Virus record (IMG/VR): IMGVR_UViG_3300022552_000007
Reading direction: 5' to 3' (one strand)
Source of the DNA: an uncultured virus (IMG/VR IMGVR_UViG_3300022552_000007)
Taxonomy: Duplodnaviria; Heunggongvirae; Uroviricota; Caudoviricetes
Length of the DNA: 64,000 nucleotides
This document shows, piece after piece, positions 45,978-56,200 of the stretch (within the stretch, counting starts at the first letter, position 1; each line of letters opens with the position of its first letter). The notes below the pieces were generated by a model that was not told the DNA's origin, did no database searches, and saw only the letters and a program-made list of their open reading frames with translations. The translations under genes were made by a program, and so were the position numbers.

Positions 45978-46714
45978 TGGCAACTGTTCCAGGCATAGTT
46001 TTTGTTCCTAGTGTTCAGCATACTGGCACTTGGTTTATTATCCGGTTCTTGCAGAATTTTTTTCCTTCTGTGATCGAAGCGGACAAGGTGTGGAAGCATA
46101 AAACGCTGCCGGAACTGCCGTGTATTCTTCATAGCCATTTCCCCATTATTCATCGGCCTGAGATTCAAATTGATATGGATTGGTGGTCGCGGCGGCAGAT
46201 GGCATTGAAAGATCGTTTTTTGGATTTACGCACCATTGAGTTGCTGGTGGGGATGTTCAAGACCATAATCCCGGTGCGTGACCCCTTGGCGGCGATTTTG
46301 ACAAGGGAAACCAGGGAGCCGCAACTGCGCCACTTCTTCATTGTGGATGGCTTTGTGGAGTTGGCGCAACGGTTTCGCCATCATCCCAATGTGGTTTTCT
46401 TACCAGTGGATTTGCCGTGGGATGAACAAAAGCGGCGCAAGATGCTAATAAAGGTGTTGAAGCATGTTGGCGGACATCCGAACAATGAAGAAAACAAAGA
46501 AATCATAGATAAATGGGCGATTGACTGGCGGCCAGAAAATAAGACCCCCGGCAATCAGCTCAAAGAATTTTATCAGCAGGGAGATATTGACAAGATTCTT
46601 TACTATCTTGGACCAAAACGGGCAGAAGTTAAATACCTTAGTAACATGGCTGCAATCATTCATCCGTTTTTAGTGGATCTTGGATACACGAAAGGGGACA
46701 TTAACCTGTGGTAA
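45977..46714 (+). CDS. Sulfotransferase-like protein
   Basis: SVQHTGTWF loop and VRDPL motif. Confidence 0.5.
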   Translation: MATVPGIVFVPSVQHTGTWFIIRFLQNFFPSVIEADKVWKHKTLPELPCILHSHFPIIHRPEIQIDMDWWSRRQMALKDRFLDLRTIELLVGMFKTIIPVRDPLAAILTRETREPQLRHFFIVDGFVELAQRFRHHPNVVFLPVDLPWDEQKRRKMLIKVLKHVGGHPNNEENKEIIDKWAIDWRPENKTPGNQLKEFYQQGDIDKILYYLGPKRAEVKYLSNMAAIIHPFLVDLGYTKGDINLW

Positions 46715-47382
46715 AGTGGGCACTGATAACGGGGGCGAACCGCGGGCTCGGATTAGAACTGGCCCACGCATTTTACGGTGTTGGATACCATCTGTTCCTT
46801 CATAGTAGAATCGCGCAGATTTGTGAATGCTCGGAGTGGGATGGTGTTCGGTGCGTATTTGGTGATTTGAGAAATACTGCCACCATTGAGCGGATGCGTG
46901 ATATGGTGGAAGAATCCGAGGGCAGTCTCAATGTGTTGGTGAATAATGCGGGGGTGTGCCTTGGCGGGAATTTTCCATATTTTGCTCCGTGTGAGATTGC
47001 CGATGTTATTCGTATCAATTTGACTGCCCCGCTGTTGGTGACACAAGCCCTTTGGCCTTTTTTGATCAAGGCGCAAGGGGTGGTAGTAAACATAGGCTCG
47101 CTTGCTGCCACCAGTCCTGGCCCCGGCGAAGCTGTGTACGGCGCAACGAAGGCCGGTTTAGGTTGTTTTTCTAGCGGGCTACAGTACGAAGCTACCCGCG
47201 AACGGGTGCGCGTAATAAACGTGGCGTTAGGTGGCCTAAAAACGGGCATGACAAAAGGTCGTGAGGATCATGACAAAATGATCGACCCGGCAGAAGCAGC
47301 CGGTTTCATTGTTCGTTTGGCTGACCAAGAATACTCCACGATGCGGGTAACCAATGTAGAGTTGAAAAGGCGGATTTACTAA
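46708..47382 (+). CDS. SDR family oxidoreductase
   Basis: ITGANRGLG, VNNAG, YGATK. Confidence 0.9.
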   Translation: MVKWALITGANRGLGLELAHAFYGVGYHLFLHSRIAQICECSEWDGVRCVFGDLRNTATIERMRDMVEESEGSLNVLVNNAGVCLGGNFPYFAPCEIADVIRINLTAPLLVTQALWPFLIKAQGVVVNIGSLAATSPGPGEAVYGATKAGLGCFSSGLQYEATRERVRVINVALGGLKTGMTKGREDHDKMIDPAEAAGFIVRLADQEYSTMRVTNVELKRRIY

Positions 47383-49754
47383 TGGAACAGTGCTTTTGTG
47401 GAAATACCGAATTCTCCAATGACACCCACTATCATTGGGAAACTATGCCCGAAGGCCAATATGTCAAAGCAGGCAATATGTTGGTTATTGGCACCTGTAC
47501 CAAGTGCGGTGCCAAAAGGCAGCTTGGACTTCCTTTCAACACACAAGAGGAATACATCAAATACTATACACAATATCCGCCGACCAGCGCGGCGTACCGG
47601 GTCAAGGGCGTTGAGCATGACCGCGCTTTGGCACAGAAAAGGTGTACGAATTATGGAATTCGTCCTGGTAGTAAGCTCACTGTTCTTGATATTGGCAGCG
47701 GCAGCGGCGCTTTTGTTGCTGCTTGTCGAGATATGGGCGCCCGAGCCTATGGGTGCGAAATTGCCGATTATCACGACGCCGTTGCTCAAGAATTCATTTA
47801 CCGTAGGCCCTTCGAAGAAATCCACTTCCCCACGGACTACTTCGATTTAGTAACTTGCCACGATGTTTTGGAACACGTTTTGGACCCCTTGGAGTTCATA
47901 AAGGAAGCTGGCCGTGTATTGAAACAAGGCGGGGCTTTGCGGATAGATTTACCGGCGTTTTTCGAGCCCGAAGGGGACCACCATTGGAAGTTGGAGCATA
48001 TTTGGTACTTGCGCCCGAAGGATGTGCGGCGGCTGTGCGATCTTTCCGGCCTGCGTTTGGCCAGCGTTGAGCGCCCCGTGCCGTCCAAGTACCTTTTAAC
48101 CATTACTAAGCCGGATCAAAACCGCCCAACGATTTTGGTGCCGCCTGGAATTGGGGATAGTTATTGGAGCATTGTAAAACTGCCTGCTTTTTTGAAAGAG
48201 CGTAACTTGGGACTGCCGGAAGTTTCCGTTGTTTGTCCCCGCGCCAAGTCGCACAACGGCCATTTGCGGGCATTTCCTTTTTTGGAGATGTTCCCGTTTC
48301 TCAAGGCATCGTGGAATACGGTGGATAGGCAGGATAAGGCCAGTCGGGCCATTTGGAAGGAGGCGTATGCTCGGGAAGGCCGCACTGTGTTTGAAGGTGT
48401 CTTGGGTTTTGATTATTTTCTTTCTTATAATGGTCATTTGCGAGTTGGTAAAGAATTGGAGGAAATAGACGAACTTGCTTGTGATTGGCATCCGCCGATG
48501 TGGGTGTCTTTGGAACAGGAACATTTTCGCGAAACCTGCCAACGAACGTATGGGCGGTATGTGGTATTTTATTTTGTTTTCCAGGGCACTTATCGCTATT
48601 GGACTGACGAGTTCCCAATCACGGAAGTGATCCGTTCTGTTAAAACAATTTGTGCTTCGACGGGGCTGCGTCCGGTATTTGCGGGCGGGCCTTGGGATGC
48701 GGAAGACCGACAATTGGCTACCGTGCTGAGGGCGGTGCCGGAGGCTGTGAATCTTTTGGGCAAAACTACCGTCCAGCAGCTTTTCGGTCTTTTGAAAGGC
48801 GCGGAATTGGTGGTGGGCTATCCTTCTGGCCTTACCATCATGTCGGGCACTTTGGGCTGTAAAACCCTATCCATTTGGAATAATTACTATAACCGAGATT
48901 TCTTTTGGCATGCCGTGCCGCCGGATGTGCGTGGAGTGACTTATTTCGTGGACGTGACAACTGGTCTGAAGGCAGACTATTTAGCGCAGCGTGCGCAAGC
49001 CCTCCTTGCGGGCGACCCGATGCCGGAGCGCCCCGCAGTGCCCCAGCGCACAGGGCCAGTCGCAAGGCCGAAAAATCAAATCTCACCAACTTCCCCTCCT
49101 TCGAAACACGCTGAAGGGGTGCCTTCAGTGACCGTGGCATGTGTCTATAAAACAGGAGGAAATTTTACCGCAGAATACGTTCACAAACTTGCTTCAGCCA
49201 TTCGGCGGCACACCTCATTTCCAGTTGATTTTCTTTGTCTTACGGATGATGACAATTTGGTTGGGGATTTTCGTACTGTTTTTCTCACCAACGATTGGCC
49301 GGGATGGTGGAGTAAGATAGAATTGTTCCGACCAGAATTGACAGATCGTGATCGGATTTTGTACTTTGATCTGGATACGGTAATTTTGAAAAACATAGAT
49401 CATCTTTTTCATGTTGATGCGGATTTTGCGGCGCTACTGCCGTGGAATCCCACCAATCGGGCCAAGGGAAATTTAGCTAGTGGTATTATGTTTTGGAATC
49501 CTCATATTTATTCTAAATATCTTTATGATGGGTTCCACGGCCCGAACGGTTACGCAGGAGACCAGGATTATATTTCTCATGCAATGAATTCCCGAGGATA
49601 CCCATGGGCGATCCTCCAGTCCACTGCAAAAATATACAGCTACAAACGCCAATGCCGTCGTAGATTGCCTCCGGATGCCGAAATTGTGTGTTTCCACGGA
49701 CGGCCCCGACCGCATGAAATAAGACTGCCCTGGGTTAGGAGAAACTGGAAATGA
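47382..49754 (+). CDS. Fusion: SAM methyltransferase + GT9-like (GT-B) + GT-A glycosyltransferase
   Basis: LDIGSGSG...DVLEHV; PGIGD...NLLGKTT; GWWSKIELF, YFDLD, GDQDYI, VCFHGRPRP. Confidence 0.8.
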   Translation: MEQCFCGNTEFSNDTHYHWETMPEGQYVKAGNMLVIGTCTKCGAKRQLGLPFNTQEEYIKYYTQYPPTSAAYRVKGVEHDRALAQKRCTNYGIRPGSKLTVLDIGSGSGAFVAACRDMGARAYGCEIADYHDAVAQEFIYRRPFEEIHFPTDYFDLVTCHDVLEHVLDPLEFIKEAGRVLKQGGALRIDLPAFFEPEGDHHWKLEHIWYLRPKDVRRLCDLSGLRLASVERPVPSKYLLTITKPDQNRPTILVPPGIGDSYWSIVKLPAFLKERNLGLPEVSVVCPRAKSHNGHLRAFPFLEMFPFLKASWNTVDRQDKASRAIWKEAYAREGRTVFEGVLGFDYFLSYNGHLRVGKELEEIDELACDWHPPMWVSLEQEHFRETCQRTYGRYVVFYFVFQGTYRYWTDEFPITEVIRSVKTICASTGLRPVFAGGPWDAEDRQLATVLRAVPEAVNLLGKTTVQQLFGLLKGAELVVGYPSGLTIMSGTLGCKTLSIWNNYYNRDFFWHAVPPDVRGVTYFVDVTTGLKADYLAQRAQALLAGDPMPERPAVPQRTGPVARPKNQISPTSPPSKHAEGVPSVTVACVYKTGGNFTAEYVHKLASAIRRHTSFPVDFLCLTDDDNLVGDFRTVFLTNDWPGWWSKIELFRPELTDRDRILYFDLDTVILKNIDHLFHVDADFAALLPWNPTNRAKGNLASGIMFWNPHIYSKYLYDGFHGPNGYAGDQDYISHAMNSRGYPWAILQSTAKIYSYKRQCRRRLPPDAEIVCFHGRPRPHEIRLPWVRRNWK

Positions 49755-50434
49755 AACCACCGATTCTCATCACAGGCTGCGCCAGAAGCGGTACCAGCAT
49801 GACTGCTGGAGTTGTTTTTCTCAGCGGAGCCAAGGGCGGCGATATGTACGGACCGACGCGGTACAATCCTCGCGGGCAGTTTGAGAACAAGATAATTCGT
49901 GAAGGCATGGTGAAGCCCTATTTGCGGGGCATTGGTGCCGATCCTATGGGGCAAAAGCCTTTGCCGGATATTAACCGCGTTCAGGCAGACGCGAATTGCG
50001 CGGAAACCGTTGCTGCGTGGCGTGCCAATATTCAAGCCCTTATGCGGGCGCAGGGAGTGGGCGAAGATGATGTTTGGGCGTACAAAGGCGCGAAGATGTG
50101 CTTGTTTTGGCCCTTGTGGCATGCTGCCTTTCCCAAAGCAAAATGGGTGATAGTGCGGCGCACCGATTCAGATATTATCAATTCTTGTCTTCGCACCAAT
50201 TTTATGCGGGCCTACCGGGATGCTCTTGGATGGCAGTACTGGGTGGATGCGCATTTACAGCGTTTTAACGAAATGAGGAATGCTGGTCTATCCATCCATG
50301 AGGTGTGGCCTGAAAAAGTAATAGGTGGTGACGTGGAAATTTATTATAATATGCTTAGGTGGTTAGAATTGGTGCCACCGAATGATTTGATCGAAAAATT
50401 CATTGACCCGGTGCTTTGGGGGAAGCGGAAATGA
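49751..50434 (+). CDS. Sulfotransferase family protein
   Basis: ITGCARSGTS, NPRGQFEN, FPKAKWVIVRR. Confidence 0.8.
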   Translation: MKPPILITGCARSGTSMTAGVVFLSGAKGGDMYGPTRYNPRGQFENKIIREGMVKPYLRGIGADPMGQKPLPDINRVQADANCAETVAAWRANIQALMRAQGVGEDDVWAYKGAKMCLFWPLWHAAFPKAKWVIVRRTDSDIINSCLRTNFMRAYRDALGWQYWVDAHLQRFNEMRNAGLSIHEVWPEKVIGGDVEIYYNMLRWLELVPPNDLIEKFIDPVLWGKRK

Positions 50435-50808
50435 GAACTACGGCTACAGCAGTCAAGGAAATAATGGTCACGGGGCTGACGGAAACCGAAATCCTCCCGT
50501 TCCTTTCCACGGCCAATACCTTGGTCACCGCCAATTTGGCTTCCAGCGGTTTGTCCGATGCGTTGCTGGAAGAGATAGAAAAATACCTCGCGGCTCATTT
50601 TGCTTCTATCCGTAGTAAGTACGGCATTAGAACCAAAATTGGTGAAGCAGATACTTGGACGGGGTACAAAGGCGGCCCTGGTTTGGATGCGACTCCTTAC
50701 GGGGAAACGGCAAAGATGCTGGACACTACCGGCACACTAGAAAACCTTTTGGGCAAAGGAACGGTGGATGTCGCCACTTTTGACTTTGCCTTGGATGATA
50801 ACGACTGA
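50431..50808 (+). CDS. Head-tail connector/adaptor
   Basis: LAAHF, TPYG motifs; position. Confidence 0.7.
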   Translation: MRTTATAVKEIMVTGLTETEILPFLSTANTLVTANLASSGLSDALLEEIEKYLAAHFASIRSKYGIRTKIGEADTWTGYKGGPGLDATPYGETAKMLDTTGTLENLLGKGTVDVATFDFALDDND

Positions 50809-51146
50809 TGAATCTCGCGGAATTGCTAAATCAGGACGCAACTTGGTGGGAAAAAACGGGGCAGAACGGATATGGCAAGCCCACGTTTGCTGCTCCTCAG
50901 TTGATAAAATGTCGTTGGGAAGATTGGCGGTCGTTGTTGATCAGCCCAACGATGGAAGAGGTGCGAATCACAGCGCGTGTTTTTCTTGATTTTGCGCCTA
51001 GTGAGGGCGATTACATTTGTTTGGGCGCTTTTACGACGGCCGACCCCTTGTCGGTACCCAATGCCCGCGCAGTATTGCGGATCACTGGGATGACTTCAGT
51101 GGATGGACAAACTTTTCTCTACACGGCGGCATTGTTTACAGCATGA
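50808..51146 (+). CDS. Head-closure/neck protein
   Basis: GYGKPTF...CRWE; position. Confidence 0.6.
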   Translation: MNLAELLNQDATWWEKTGQNGYGKPTFAAPQLIKCRWEDWRSLLISPTMEEVRITARVFLDFAPSEGDYICLGAFTTADPLSVPNARAVLRITGMTSVDGQTFLYTAALFTA

Positions 51147-51691
51147 AAAAAGTGTGCAAAATAACGGGCCTGGAAAATGTGGTGGCCAATCTAAACCGGG
51201 AAATGTCCATCATAGAAGGAGCTTGTTTGCGTGGATTGGTGGTTGTGGGATTGGAGATTAGGCGCGATGCCCAAAGGCTGACGCCCGTTGTTACCGGCAA
51301 CCTACGCAACAGCGTCTATGTAGTCAGTCCTGCCCAGGTGGAAGCCGGTGCGAATCCGGATTTTAAAGATGGCGATAAGCCGGGGTTGGCGGCGCAGTTA
51401 GCCGCAGAACATACGGCGTCCATTGCTTCTGGCGTGGCGGCATGTTCTTCCGCCACTAAGCCGGAAGTTCATGTGCGTTATTCAGCATACTATGCTCCCT
51501 GGGTTCATGAAAATCCTCGTGCTGGAAAGACGGGGGGCGTGAGTCCTTCTGGCCGCAAATATCGTGAAGGCACCTATTCGGTGGTGGGTCAATGGAAGTT
51601 CTTACAGTCGGCCATCGAAAATAACATGGCAAAACTTCTTAGCATTATTGCCACTTTTGCAAGTAAAAAGATTCGTGGAAGGAGCAGGTGA
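51143..51691 (+). CDS. HK97 gp10-like neck protein
   Basis: TPVVTGNLRNS, YAPWVHE, KFL. Confidence 0.8.
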   Translation: MKKVCKITGLENVVANLNREMSIIEGACLRGLVVVGLEIRRDAQRLTPVVTGNLRNSVYVVSPAQVEAGANPDFKDGDKPGLAAQLAAEHTASIASGVAACSSATKPEVHVRYSAYYAPWVHENPRAGKTGGVSPSGRKYREGTYSVVGQWKFLQSAIENNMAKLLSIIATFASKKIRGRSR

Positions 51692-52080
51692 TGAAAAGTC
51701 CTGCCGATGATTTTCAATTGATTTTAAGTGAAAATTCAAATGTGGGACTTACGTTCGGCACGGATATGTTTGTCGGGGCCATGCCGGATATGCCAGATGC
51801 CTGTATTTCCATTGTGGATACGGGCGGTCAGGAACCAGACCGAGGGCCGTATGAGCGGGCCACGGTACAAATCATGGTAAGAGGAGGCGTGGGAGATTAT
51901 GTAACAACACACGAATTGGCCAAAACCATTCAAGCAACGCTTCATGAGTATTATGGAATGCCCGATTCTTCCGGTTATTACTATGCGGGAATTTGGGCCA
52001 CAAATGAACCTTTTTATCTTGGGACGGATACTAGAGGCCGCCCCTTGTTTTCACTGAACTTCAGAATTCAAAGGAGGTAA
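51691..52080 (+). CDS. Tail terminator / tail completion protein
   Basis: VQIMVRG, LGTDTRGR..FSLNF. Confidence 0.7.
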   Translation: MKSPADDFQLILSENSNVGLTFGTDMFVGAMPDMPDACISIVDTGGQEPDRGPYERATVQIMVRGGVGDYVTTHELAKTIQATLHEYYGMPDSSGYYYAGIWATNEPFYLGTDTRGRPLFSLNFRIQRR

Positions 52081-52085
52081 TACCA

Positions 52086-52487
52086 ATGACAACTGCTGCG
52101 TTTGCCGGTGTAGGAACACTGTTCAAAAGAGGGGAAGAAACTGTTGCCGAGATTAACAGCATCAGCGGCCCCAACATCAGTCGTGATACCATTGACGTGA
52201 CCAGTCTGGACAGCACGGGCGGTTACCGTGAATTCATTCCTGGTTTTCGTGATGGTGGTGAAGTCACTCTGAGCTGTAACTGGGAACTGGCCGCATGGAG
52301 CGATTGGCTGGCGGATTTTCAATCCGATGATTCTGTGACGTACACAATCGTTCTGTCCAATGACGAAGCGACCGAGATCAGCTTTGATGCTTATTGCGTG
52401 GGGATGGGCGTGGAAATCCCCACCGATGACAAGGTGACAAATGAAGTGACGCTGAAGATCACTGGTACGGTGACTATCAGCAGCTAA
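52086..52487 (+). CDS. Major tail tube protein
   Basis: SRDTIDVTSLDS.GGYREFIPG..DGG. Confidence 0.85.
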   Translation: MTTAAFAGVGTLFKRGEETVAEINSISGPNISRDTIDVTSLDSTGGYREFIPGFRDGGEVTLSCNWELAAWSDWLADFQSDDSVTYTIVLSNDEATEISFDAYCVGMGVEIPTDDKVTNEVTLKITGTVTISS

Positions 52488-52514
52488 ACAAACCTTTAAT
52501 GGAGGAATAAAACA

Positions 52515-52907
52515 ATGAAATTCTTAACCAAAGAAGCAATCAAGGCTGCCCAGGTTCTTGTTCGAGTGGAAAAGGTGGAGCTGCCTGAGTGGGACGGCTA
52601 CATCTACGTTCGGGAAATGTCCGCCAAGGCCCGAGATGCTTTCGAAAGTGCCACCTTCACTTTTGATGATAAGGGGCGGCTGGACAAGAATCTGTCCAAT
52701 TACCGCGCCAAGTTCGTCGTGCTGACGGCGTGTGATGAGACCGGAAAATTGGTTTTTGCGCCGGAAGATGCCGAATGGTTGGGCGAGCGTCAGGCCAGCA
52801 CTGTCCAGAAGATTTTCGATGCTGCGCAGAAGCTGAACAATGTGCCGGAGGCTGAGGAACTGGAAAAAAACTCGCCCGGCCCCGCAGGCGATTCCTCTTC
52901 CGATTAG
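52515..52907 (+). CDS. Tail assembly chaperone (G)
   Basis: VELPEWDG..YVREMS; position. Confidence 0.8.
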   Translation: MKFLTKEAIKAAQVLVRVEKVELPEWDGYIYVREMSAKARDAFESATFTFDDKGRLDKNLSNYRAKFVVLTACDETGKLVFAPEDAEWLGERQASTVQKIFDAAQKLNNVPEAEELEKNSPGPAGDSSSD

Positions 52908-53248
52908 CTCTCGCGCTGGGGCGGACGGTTGCAGAATTGGAAGAAACCATCACGGAAAGGGAGTTGGCCGAATGGATGGTATTTTATCAAAAAGAGCCGT
53001 TCTTGCCCCAGCGTGTGGAGTACAGCGCTGCGAAGATATGTACTGTGTTGGCAGAAATCAATCGCGATCCCAAGAAAGGACGTAGGCCAAAGATTACGGA
53101 TTTTTTGATTTTCGAAGGAGCGGAGGAAAAAGAACGAGCAGGAAAGATAACCGATCCCGACAGCGCAAAGCGGATGTTTCAATCTCTGGCCAAGGCGCAT
53201 AATGCCAAGGTAGCGAGGAAAAAAGGCAATGACGATAACAATCGGTGA
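52865..53248 (+). CDS. Tail assembly chaperone extension (T) via -1 frameshift
   Basis: A AAA AAC slippery site; -1 frame reads LARPRRRFLFRLALALGRTVAEL into ORF 52937. Confidence 0.8.
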   Translation, partial: KKLARPRRRFLFRLALALGRTVAELEETITERELAEWMVFYQKEPFLPQRVEYSAAKICTVLAEINRDPKKGRRPKITDFLIFEGAEEKERAGKITDPDSAKRMFQSLAKAHNAKVARKKGNDDNNR

Positions 53249-56200
53249 GCTTGTAGCAATCCTACGCTTAGATCCTTCTGAATTTACTAAGGGTCAGCGA
53301 AAGCTGGTTCGTGGTGCCGAAAATGCTGCGAAGAATATTGAACAGAGCTATGAAAATCTCGGTATTCAGAGTAGCAAGCATTTGGATTTGATGCGGGAAA
53401 AGGCACGTCGTAGCTACGAGCGCATTGCCAAGCATGCCGAAAGTACTTTTCACGACATTGTTCGCGCCAAACAGGCTATGGTGGCGCAACTCAATAAGAT
53501 TGATCAGGCACAGTTCGGTAAACAAATCACCGAAGCAGAAAAACTTGCTGCGGCTTATAAAAGCTTGGGCCTTCGTTCTCCTGCGGAAATTGGTGCTTCG
53601 CGGAAGCAGGTATTGGAAGGCTACCGTCGAGCGGCCAAAGCTGCTAAATACAATACTCAGGAAATCCTCCGCCTTGAGCAAGCAAAGAACAAGGCGCTGG
53701 AAAAGTTGGATAAAGAACAATACGGAAAGAGGGTCAGTAATCAGCAACGCATAGCAGCAGCCGCCAAGAAATCGGCAGAGGAAGTGGCTGCTGCTTTTAA
53801 GCGGCTTGGCGTTACTTCTTCGTCGCAGTTCGACGCCATGCGAAAAAAGGCCGATGCGGATTTCGCTCGTATTGCCACTTCCGCCAAGGCCACTCAGGCC
53901 GACATTTCCAATGCGTGGGCGGCTCGTGCTGCCATAATGTCGCGGATAGACGAACAACAATACGGCAAGCAGATTTCCAAAGCTCAGATGGCCGCACAGC
54001 AGATGGCCGGAGCTTACAAGACTTTGGGCATTCGGTCTTCGGCAGAAATTCAAAAACAACGGCAGCAAATCATTGCTTCCTATGATCATATTGCCGCTGC
54101 CGCCAAGAAGGGCTCTAAGACCGCGGCGGCAGATGTGGTGCGTGCCGAGAAGGCCAAGACTGCTGCACTAAAACGCCTCCATGCGGAGCAATACGCCTCT
54201 CAACGCAGTGTTTTTTCCAAAATCAAAACCGGCGCAGCTATGGTTTTAGGCCATGCTGTGACGCAGTTCACCTTGTTGGCGATGGCTGTTCATCGCATTT
54301 TATCATCCATCGGTCGGGCTATCATCAACACTTTTAAAACCAGCTTTAAAGCTATGGCCGATTATGAAATTGCCGTGGCTTCCTTGGCCGCGATGGTGGT
54401 GACGTTTACCAAGAAACCGGCTGGAAAAACCCAAGCGGAATATTGGAAGGATGCCATGCGGTACGCCGAAGGGATGATTCCGATCTTGGAAAACATTGCT
54501 GCCAAGACCCTCATGACTGGTGAGCAAGTCACTGCTTTGGCCAATGCCTTTGCTCGCGTTGGCGTGTTCCTCGATCCGGGCAATACCCGGCAGATGGCAG
54601 CTTTTACCGCCGTGGCCAACGCTCTGCCCATTTTGACCCGTGGGCAGGAAATCATGAAACAGATCAATACGGAAATCCGCGCTTTGACCCAAGGCACCAA
54701 CATGGCCACTTCCATGTTGCTTACTACCCTTCATGCCTTAGACCCCTTGATTAAAAAACACATCATTAAGTGGCGTGAAGAAAACACCGTGTTGGAACAT
54801 ATTGGTGAAATGCTTTCCGGTTTTATTCCGGCCTCAAAACTCCTGGCCGAACAATGGCAGGCCATTAAGAATGCGTTGATTACGGTGTGGAAGCAGACGT
54901 TGCGTGGCGGAATGCTGGGCGCTTACAAAGAGATCATCGCAATCGTCAAGAAGCTGACTGAATGGATTAAGGTACACCGGGATCAAATTTCGCAAGGGTT
55001 GGCGACTGCGTGGGCAGTGGTGTTGGAAACAATAAAATTGGTCGGAAACGCCCTGCGTCCTTGGGGGCCGCTCATCAAAGAAGTGGCGCATGAATTACAA
55101 TTTGTGGCTTCTTTATATGTTCGAATTGCAGGGCTGATAAATGATGCGGCAGCGCGGCAAAAGGGCATTATTTGGCATACTATACAATGGGTTCAATATC
55201 TGAAAGCTGCGTATATGTGGCTGGGCTATGTTGCCACGTTTGATTTTAAAAACGCTAGAAAAGCTGTTGATGAGATGCAGGCGCGTTTTGATGCTATTTT
55301 CAATGATATAGCCGGTGCGTACAAGGAAAATCCCATAGAAGAAGTTGTGGATACCATCGAAAGTTCTGCAAAAAGAACTAGTAAGCTGATGAAGATCCTG
55401 GAAATGGACACCAGCAAAGCCTTTCAAAAAATTGGGGAAGGTGCATTGGGCGTGAGGGATTCTTTATCAAAAGCTGCGGAAGCGCTTGATTTTACCCTGC
55501 CATCTATCACTGCTTTTCAGGCCGAAGAAACTGCGCATCTCTTTGAAAAGGCAGTGGAGGATGCTGAAAAGTTGGTCAATGCTTCCACCATCAAATTGAA
55601 CACGCTCCAGAAGGCTTGGGTTTCGGGCAACCGCGAAGCATTGATGGCCATTTTGCGCGGAATGAATGAAGATGCTACATGGACTGCCTCAGAAATGGAC
55701 GAGGTTTATAGGTCCACCGTTGAAATGTTGAAATATATAATAGATTCGACAACGGGAGACCTTGAGCGCTTGCGCAAAGAATATGAAAAAACAATGAAAA
55801 AGCTGCGGGAAGAATCGGCTGTTGGGCAGGCTTTTAAGTTGTTGGGCTTTAAAACGAGCGCGGGCAAACAATCGGAAGAAAAAGAAATACGTGATGCGTA
55901 TAAGATTGTCGTCACCAATATTGAAAAGGAATTAGTGCGAGCCAGGGCGGAACTAGCTCAGTTCGAACGTGCGGGCGTACCGGCTCCAGGAGTGGTCAGT
56001 GCCGCGGTTCTTGCCGATTTAGAACAAAAAAAGAAAGCATACCGCGAAAAGATTCAGGGCTTGGAAACGGATTTGAAGGCTGCGGGCAAACGAATGCAGG
56101 AAGCCATAGACAAAATTTACGGTGTGGGCAGCCGTCGTCGCGGCGGCAAGTCCCAATTCCAGACCGATCTGGAAAATTGGAAAAAGACCGCAGAAGAATT

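Noticed and set aside
43002..50434. Host chromosomal LPS locus or prophage boundary
   Set aside because: It is flanked by phage late genes on both sides, its last gene overlaps the connector start, and no att site or integrase is seen.
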